NCBI GenBank assembly: GCA_029883045.1
Contig: JAOUJU010000001.1
Location: forward strand, 1 to 28,623
DNA length: 28,623 nucleotides
DNA from: Rhodospirillaceae bacterium
GTDB taxonomy: Bacteria > Pseudomonadota > Alphaproteobacteria > Rhodospirillales > Magnetovibrionaceae
Direction: 5' to 3'
Below the pieces are notes generated by a model. It searched no databases. It was given only the letters and a program-made list of their open reading frames with translations, and had not been told where the DNA came from. The position numbers and the translations under genes are program-made. Positions 23,443-28,623 of this stretch are shown one piece after another; positions within the stretch are counted from its first letter, which is position 1; every line of letters starts with the position of its first letter.

Positions 23443-25359
23443 ATGAAACAGCGAATAGAAGGTACGTTACATCGTGCCGCCGCCGACGTATCAATCGCGG
23501 ACGATGAAAGCCGCGCGATTAAACTTTCGTTTAGTAGCGAAGAACCCTATTTACGTTCGTCGTTTTTCGACGAACCCTGGTTAGAAGTCCTCGGCCATGA
23601 CGAGGCCGAAGTAGATTTAGCCCGTTTAAATAACGGCGCCCCTGTTTTGTATAACCACGATCGAAGTAATCGCGAAAACCGCCTCGGGGTAGTTTCTCGC
23701 GCATGGCTTGAAAACGGCCGAGGGTATGCGGAAATCCGACTAAGCAAGCGCGCTTCGGTCGATGAAATTTGGCAAGACGTAAAAGACGGCGTTTTAACTA
23801 ATGTAAGCGTCGGTTATCAAATATTAGAACGAACGCTAACAAAACAAAACGAAGACGGCCCGAACGAGTATCGCGTTAATTCCTGGCTTCCGATGGAAGT
23901 ATCGTTAGTCGACATACCGGCCGACGCAAGCGTCGGAATCGGACGAACGGCCGACGATATCGCGTACCGCGTCGTCGATATTGAAAATACTTTAAACGTT
24001 AAAGAGGTTAAAACCATGAGCGAAGAAACCACAAGCCCCGACGTGACCGTCGACAACGTCAAGCGCGCCGATATTCAAGCCGCTATGACAACCGCCCTAG
24101 AGCAGGAAACCGCCCGCCGTAATGAAATTAAAGAAGTGTTTAAACCATTTCTTACGACACAGCGCGACATTATGGACGAATGCTTAGACGACGTTTCTGT
24201 AACAGTCGACGCCGCCCGCGCGCGCCTATTGTCTGAAATGGGTAAAGGTTCGTTTTCTGTATCGGGTACGGCTCGAATCGAAGTCGGCGAAGGTTCAAAC
24301 GAGAAATTTACTAAGGCAGCAGAACAAACCCTTTTAAGCCGTGTCGGCCTGGATAAAGTCGACCCGCAAAACGAATACCGCTCGTTTAGCTTAACCGAGT
24401 TCGCGCGGCGGTTTCTTGAAATAAATCACGTCTCGACGCGCGGGCTTGATAAAATGGCGCTAGTCGGCCGCGCGTTTACTACCTCGGATTTTCCGCTATT
24501 GCTCGCGTCGACGGCTGAAAAGTCAATGTTAAAAGGTTATACCGAAGCGCCGGAATCTTTCGGATTATGGACGAGCGTTGGCAATTTGGCCGACTTCAAA
24601 GTTAGCGACCGTTCAAGTTTGTCTGAATTTTCAGACCTGGCCGAAGTTAAAGAAAGCGGCGAATATCAACACGGTTCTATGTCTGATTTTCGCGAACAAA
24701 TCCAGTTAGCCACTTACGGGAAAATGTTTAACATTTCTCGTCAGGCAATTATAAACGACGACCTTAACGCGTTTAGTGCGATTCCGCGCAAAATGGGCCG
24801 AGCCGCCGCGCGTAAAGTCGGCGACCTTGCTTACGGCGTTTTAACAGCAAATGCGGCAATGTCTGACGCCGTCGCGTTATTTAATACCGCTAGTCACGCT
24901 AACGCGGTGGAATCAGGCGGCGGCGCCCCTACGGCTGCAACCGTCGGCGCGGGGCGTACTGCAATGCGAAAACAAACGGATAGTACAGGTAATGCTTATC
25001 TGAATATAACCCCGTCGTTTTTGATCGGCCCGGCCGCGCTTGAAGATACCATGTTAGTACTAATGGCGTCGGAAACCGACCCGAGCAAAACTAATAGTAA
25101 GGTTCCTAACCCGGTTCGCAATATGTCGACGGTCGTTACCGACGCCCGCCTCGACACCGCAAGCGCGACGGCCTGGTATATGTCGGCTAATCCCGCGATG
25201 TTCGATACAGTGGAAATCGGCTACCTTGACGGCAACCCTAATCCGGTTGTCGAACAGCAGGACGGCTGGAACGTGGACGGTATCGAATTTAAAGTACGAA
25301 TCGACGCCGCTGCAAAAGCGCTTGACTGGCGGACAATGTATTACAACGTCGGCGCATAA
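23443..25359 (+). CDS. Prohead protease (HK97-type) - scaffold - major capsid fusion
   Basis: N-terminal SFSSE...LYNHD...NVSVGY...EVSLVDIPAD; C-terminal capsid TTSDFP.LL...TYGK.F.ISRQ.IINDD...D.RLD...FKVRID. Confidence 0.93.
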   Translation: MKQRIEGTLHRAAADVSIADDESRAIKLSFSSEEPYLRSSFFDEPWLEVLGHDEAEVDLARLNNGAPVLYNHDRSNRENRLGVVSRAWLENGRGYAEIRLSKRASVDEIWQDVKDGVLTNVSVGYQILERTLTKQNEDGPNEYRVNSWLPMEVSLVDIPADASVGIGRTADDIAYRVVDIENTLNVKEVKTMSEETTSPDVTVDNVKRADIQAAMTTALEQETARRNEIKEVFKPFLTTQRDIMDECLDDVSVTVDAARARLLSEMGKGSFSVSGTARIEVGEGSNEKFTKAAEQTLLSRVGLDKVDPQNEYRSFSLTEFARRFLEINHVSTRGLDKMALVGRAFTTSDFPLLLASTAEKSMLKGYTEAPESFGLWTSVGNLADFKVSDRSSLSEFSDLAEVKESGEYQHGSMSDFREQIQLATYGKMFNISRQAIINDDLNAFSAIPRKMGRAAARKVGDLAYGVLTANAAMSDAVALFNTASHANAVESGGGAPTAATVGAGRTAMRKQTDSTGNAYLNITPSFLIGPAALEDTMLVLMASETDPSKTNSKVPNPVRNMSTVVTDARLDTASATAWYMSANPAMFDTVEIGYLDGNPNPVVEQQDGWNVDGIEFKVRIDAAAKALDWRTMYYNVGA

Positions 25360-25376
25360 TTCCGACGATTAAAACG

Positions 25377-25403
25377 CGGCCCTATCCTGGGCCGTTTTTT
25401 TTT
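25377..25403 (+). terminator. Intrinsic terminator after the capsid gene
   Basis: CGGCCC-TATCCT-GGGCCG followed by T9. Confidence 0.8.
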
Positions 25404-25428
25404 ACTAATTTGAAAAGGTGTAAATATC

Positions 25429-25788
25429 ATGGCTTCGAACTTCGTAGAAAATGGCGATAACCTGCTATATACAGCAACCGCCGCAATTAGCGCCGACGAC
25501 GTCGTCGTCGTCGGTCAACAAATCGGAATTGCAATGGTAGATATTGCAAATACCGAAACCGGGACGGTCGCAATGGAGGGCGTATTTACAGTACCGAAAG
25601 TATCCGCCGCCGTTATTGCCCAGGGCGAAGCGGTTTTATGGGATTCGTCCGCCGGTGCATTCGATGATAACTTAGCCGTCGCGGCGGCGGGGGACGTTTC
25701 GAACGCGTGTACCGCCTGGGAAGCGGCCGGAAACGGCGTTACGACTATTAAGATTAAACTTAATACGGGCAAAGGTACCGTCGCATAA
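25429..25788 (+). CDS. Capsid cement/decoration protein (DUF2190-like)
   Basis: N.V..GD...T...A..A..VVVVG...GIA..DIA....G.V...GVF.VPK. Confidence 0.85.
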   Translation: MASNFVENGDNLLYTATAAISADDVVVVGQQIGIAMVDIANTETGTVAMEGVFTVPKVSAAVIAQGEAVLWDSSAGAFDDNLAVAAAGDVSNACTAWEAAGNGVTTIKIKLNTGKGTVA

Positions 25789-26102
25789 TGGATAATTTCC
25801 GGGCAAAGTTATTGCAAATTGATAACAAGTTACTCGGGGCGTTAGGTCAAACCGCGACCTATACCCCGAGTAATTGCCCGCACCCTTCAAGCAAGACGAC
25901 GACTATTACCGGCATTTTTGACAATCTATTTATTGAAACCCAAAAGACGCAAGGAACCCGACCGACGTTTACTTGTAAGGCGTCCGCCGTTACTGATATT
26001 AGCAACGGCGCGGCGTTAACAGTGGACTCGGTCGACTACCTCGCGCGCGAGTGGGAACCCGACGGAATGGGCTTAATAATGATTATTATGGAAAAGGTCT
26101 AG
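25788..26102 (+). CDS. Head-tail joining protein (gpFII-like)
   Basis: TGIFD...PT..C....V......L.VD...Y......PDG.G pattern and position. Confidence 0.75.
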   Translation: MDNFRAKLLQIDNKLLGALGQTATYTPSNCPHPSSKTTTITGIFDNLFIETQKTQGTRPTFTCKASAVTDISNGAALTVDSVDYLAREWEPDGMGLIMIIMEKV

Positions 26103-26103
26103 T

Positions 26104-26544
26104 ATGGCGCACGTCCGACAACAAATACGCGAAAGGCTCGCGGTCGAACTCGCAGGACTAACGACAACGTCGACCCGTGTTTATCAGACTCGGCTATACA
26201 ATATAGACGAAACACTATTACCCTGTTTATTGATCTATACGCAAACAGAGACAAGCGAAGTACAGACGTTAAGCCGCCCATATAATATTTATAAAACGTT
26301 AACTATTATCGTCGAAGGTGTCGCGCGGGCGGTGGCCGATATCGACGACACACTCGATACAATCGCGGCCGAGGTTGAAACGGCCGTCGGCAATTCAACG
26401 CTAAATAATTTAGCAAAAGATTTTTATTTAACGTCGACGTCTATTGACCTTAGCGCGGACGCGCAGCAACCGACGGGGACGGTTAGACTAACGTTTAACG
26501 CGACGTATGTAACAACCAGTAACGCCCCCGAAACCGCACTTTAA
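26104..26544 (+). CDS. Tail terminator protein (gpU-like)
   Basis: H.RQQIR....L...VY..R.....E..LP...IY...D.LD.IA.EVE pattern and position. Confidence 0.75.
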   Translation: MAHVRQQIRERLAVELAGLTTTSTRVYQTRLYNIDETLLPCLLIYTQTETSEVQTLSRPYNIYKTLTIIVEGVARAVADIDDTLDTIAAEVETAVGNSTLNNLAKDFYLTSTSIDLSADAQQPTGTVRLTFNATYVTTSNAPETAL

Positions 26545-26556
26545 AAAGGAACCATA

Positions 26557-26886
26557 ATGGCTACTTTAACTGTATACACGACCGCACTAGACGGCGTAAC
26601 CCCGTCTTATGTCGCGGCAACCGGAGGCGGCGACGACTTCGTTAACTCTACAAACACACTTTTACATATTAAGAATGGGAGCGGCGGCGACATTACGGTA
26701 ACGGTAAATAGTCTAAAGTCCTGCTCGTATGGTTTCGACCACGATAGCGTAACGGTAGTAACAGCAGGAAGCGAGGAAATCGTCGGCCCGTTCGATACAA
26801 AACGCTTTAACGATTCGAACGGTAAAGCGGCGATTACGTATAGCGGCGTAACAAGTTTAACGATAGCCGCTTTTAAGCTGGCCTAG
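26557..26886 (+). CDS. Conserved hypothetical virion-region protein
   Basis: AAAGGA SD; beta-rich; lies between the terminator protein and the tail tube gene. Confidence 0.65.
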   Translation: MATLTVYTTALDGVTPSYVAATGGGDDFVNSTNTLLHIKNGSGGDITVTVNSLKSCSYGFDHDSVTVVTAGSEEIVGPFDTKRFNDSNGKAAITYSGVTSLTIAAFKLA

Positions 26887-26934
26887 TTTAATTACAAACC
26901 CTTAACGTTACGAAAGTAACATAATTATTAGTAT

Positions 26935-26958
26935 AAACCCGCTTCGGCGGGTTTTTTT
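26935..26958 (+). terminator. Intrinsic terminator (same 20-nt hairpin as 23404)
   Basis: AAACCCGC-TTCG-GCGGGTTTTTTT. Confidence 0.85.
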
Positions 26959-26973
26959 GTGGAGGTTAAAAAA

Positions 26974-27366
26974 ATGGCTAATCATGCGGGCAGCGAGGGC
27001 GCGGTTTATGTCGGCGCTAATCAAGTGGCAGAAATAACCGGTTACTCGATTGAATCAAGTATGGAACCGATCGAAGATACTTTACTAGGCGACGCATGGA
27101 AAACATACCTGGCGGGTAATCAATCGTGGTCGGCTTCATGCGAAGGCTTTTGGGATGAAACCGACACGACCGGACAAGGCGCGTTAACGCTCGGGTCGTC
27201 TATTACTGCAAATTTCTACCTCGAAGGAAACACCAGTACCGACACATATTTAACCGGTACCGCTTTAGTAACCGGCGTTAGCAAAGGGGCGAGCGTTAAC
27301 GGAATGGTAACGGTATCGTTTAGCCTGCAAGGAACCGGGGCGTTATCAGAATCGGTGGTGGTGTAA
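26974..27366 (+). CDS. Major tail (tube) protein
   Basis: G..G.V.VG...VAEI..YSIE...E..EDT..GD.WKTY..G...WS.S.EG.WD; ATG 26974 has a GGAGG SD. Confidence 0.85.
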   Translation: MANHAGSEGAVYVGANQVAEITGYSIESSMEPIEDTLLGDAWKTYLAGNQSWSASCEGFWDETDTTGQGALTLGSSITANFYLEGNTSTDTYLTGTALVTGVSKGASVNGMVTVSFSLQGTGALSESVVV

Positions 27367-27369
27367 TTT

Positions 27370-27729
27370 ATGAGCGACGCACTGGAACGAGCAAAAACCC
27401 ATTTTAGAAACCTACTAAACGAAGCTTCGTTAATTAAAATCGTTGTCGACGAATGGGACGGGTTAGAGATTTTTTTTAAACCACTGGACGCGCTAAAGGC
27501 TAAGGAACTCGACCGAGTACTCGCCGGGGAAAGTAAAGCAAACGTCGAGGGTATGGTCGAAGTCCTGATAACCCGCGCGCTTGATAGCGACGGCCGCCCC
27601 CTTTTTAAACCCGTCGAAAAAAATGAAATCTTACGCCATGTATCCCCGCAAGTCGTCATTAAAACACTGTCTCGCATGGCCGAAGCCGCCGACGAAATGC
27701 TATCGGTCGACGACGTGGGAAAGTCCTAG
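27370..27729 (+). CDS. Tail assembly chaperone (gpG-like)
   Basis: Between tail tube and tape measure genes; ends ...GTG GGA AAG TCC TAG. Confidence 0.8.
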   Translation: MSDALERAKTHFRNLLNEASLIKIVVDEWDGLEIFFKPLDALKAKELDRVLAGESKANVEGMVEVLITRALDSDGRPLFKPVEKNEILRHVSPQVVIKTLSRMAEAADEMLSVDDVGKS

Positions 27730-27875
27730 AAAGCGATAACCTGTTACTTTTTCAGCTCGAACTAGCTGAAAGGCTGCACAAGTCGCTAGACGAAATCCGC
27801 GAATTATCCGTTTTTGAATTGAAACTATGGGCCGCTAAATGGCAACAACGACAGCACGTTACGAATTCGTCTTAG
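27717..27875 (+). CDS. -1 frameshift extension (gpT-like) at slippery G GGA AAG
   Basis: GGGAAAG at 27717-27723 is in the correct phase; the -1 frame reads VLESDNLLLFQLELAERLHKSLDEIRELSVFELKLWAAKW... to TAG 27875. Confidence 0.85.
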   Translation, partial: GKVLESDNLLLFQLELAERLHKSLDEIRELSVFELKLWAAKWQQRQHVTNSS

Positions 27876-28623
27876 GCGCGAAAAATAAAACGGGCGGCGC
27901 GTTTTCGGCCGTCAGTCGTGGGCTAACCTCACTTCGTAAAAATATGTTAAGCGCTACTAGCGCAATTACTGGCCTGGTCGGTGTTGCCGGTATGGGCGCG
28001 CTTATTAAATCCAGTTTAGACGCCGGCGACAAAATACAAAAGCTATCTATACGCCTGGGTGTATCGACCGAAGCATTAAGCCAATATAAACACGTCGCCG
28101 AATTATCGGGCATTACCTTTGAAACTATGTCGATGGGATGGCAACGGCAAACCCGCCGAATAGCCGAAGCGGCCGAAGGAATGGGCGAAGCTAAAGGCGC
28201 ATTAAGGGAACTAGGCTTAAACGCCGCCGCGTTAAAAACACAAGCCCCCGAAAAACAATTCGAAATTCTCGCCGACGCGTTCGGTAATGTTGACAGCCAA
28301 GCGGATAAAGTCCGCCTCGCTATGAAAATATGGGATTCCGAAGGCGTTAGCATGTTACAGGCTATTGAAGGGGGAAGCGCCGGGCTAAAAAGCATGAGGC
28401 AGGAAGCCGACGACCTAAATTTAACACTTACAAAAGACCAAGCAAACGCAATGGCCGAAGCTAACGACAATATTACACGAATGAAAGCTAATTTTACTTC
28501 GTTCGGTAATACGTTAGCGGTCGAACTCGGCCCAGCTATCGCGGCGGTTACTAAATGGCTTGGCGAAAATATGCCGATAGCCGTAGCGGTTGCAAAGCTT
28601 GTTTGGTTAGACCTTGCGAGCGC
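27839..28623 (+). CDS. Tape measure protein, 5' part (runs off the window end)
   Basis: Open from ATG 27839 (MATTTARYEFVLGAKNKTGGAF...KLSIRLGVSTEALSQY...GALRELGL); absent from the ORF track because no stop lies in the window. Confidence 0.9.
   Translation, partial: MATTTARYEFVLGAKNKTGGAFSAVSRGLTSLRKNMLSATSAITGLVGVAGMGALIKSSLDAGDKIQKLSIRLGVSTEALSQYKHVAELSGITFETMSMGWQRQTRRIAEAAEGMGEAKGALRELGLNAAALKTQAPEKQFEILADAFGNVDSQADKVRLAMKIWDSEGVSMLQAIEGGSAGLKSMRQEADDLNLTLTKDQANAMAEANDNITRMKANFTSFGNTLAVELGPAIAAVTKWLGENMPIAVAVAKLVWLDLAS

Larger units (their letters stand above)
1..28623. mobile_element. Temperate lambda-like siphophage genome segment, excised/attP configuration
   Basis: Integrase, cI/cro, replication, Q, terminase, portal, capsid and tail genes are present; phage genes flank the tRNA-derived att core on both sides; no host housekeeping genes seen. 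Confidence 0.95.

Noticed and set aside
81-27370. Systematic GGA avoidance in phage SD sequences as escape from the phage CsrA
   Set aside because: Many starts use AAAGGT/AAAGGC, but several (7223, 9470, 15940, 26557, 26974) have GGA, so there is no clean pattern.
18106-28470. Minus-strand or nested ORFs in the structural region, including 18540..19043 and 27859..28470
   Set aside because: Shadows of ParB-like, terminase, portal, capsid, tail and tape-measure genes; the late region is uniformly plus-strand.
1-28623. CRISPR array, reverse transcriptase/DGR, IS element, rRNA
   Set aside because: No regularly spaced repeats, RT motifs, transposase motifs or rRNA-like sequence seen.

Overview
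The whole window is part of a temperate, lambda-like long-tailed (siphovirus-type) phage genome, most likely of a proteobacterial host. It is seen in the un-integrated arrangement: an attP site (3' half of tRNA-Thr(UGU), 7654-7700, with arm-type repeats and IHF-like sites) has phage genes on both sides. Left to right: an atypical lysis cassette (holin candidate, secreted FN3 protein, M15 peptidase endolysin, alpha/beta hydrolase); a 10-gene leftward accessory operon (SF2 helicase, four tandem paralogous AP2-domain genes, membrane protein, HTH protein); attP, integrase and AlpA/Xis; a leftward early block with an SNase nuclease; cI/cro; O/P-like replication genes; a nin-like region (DUF968-like, CsrA, RusA-like); and Q with late promoter and terminator. 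After these come an unexplained virion-like module, the putative cos site, ParB-like, terminases, portal, a protease-capsid fusion, neck/tail genes with a GGGAAAG -1 frameshift, and a tape measure gene cut by the window end. The best candidate for an undescribed system is the nuclease-free AP2 paralog array. It has about 9 domains in 4 genes, includes one gene with a G10 tract at its start codon, and is co-transcribed with a helicase in the accessory slot beside att. All family assignments are from motif recognition by eye; no database searches were run.
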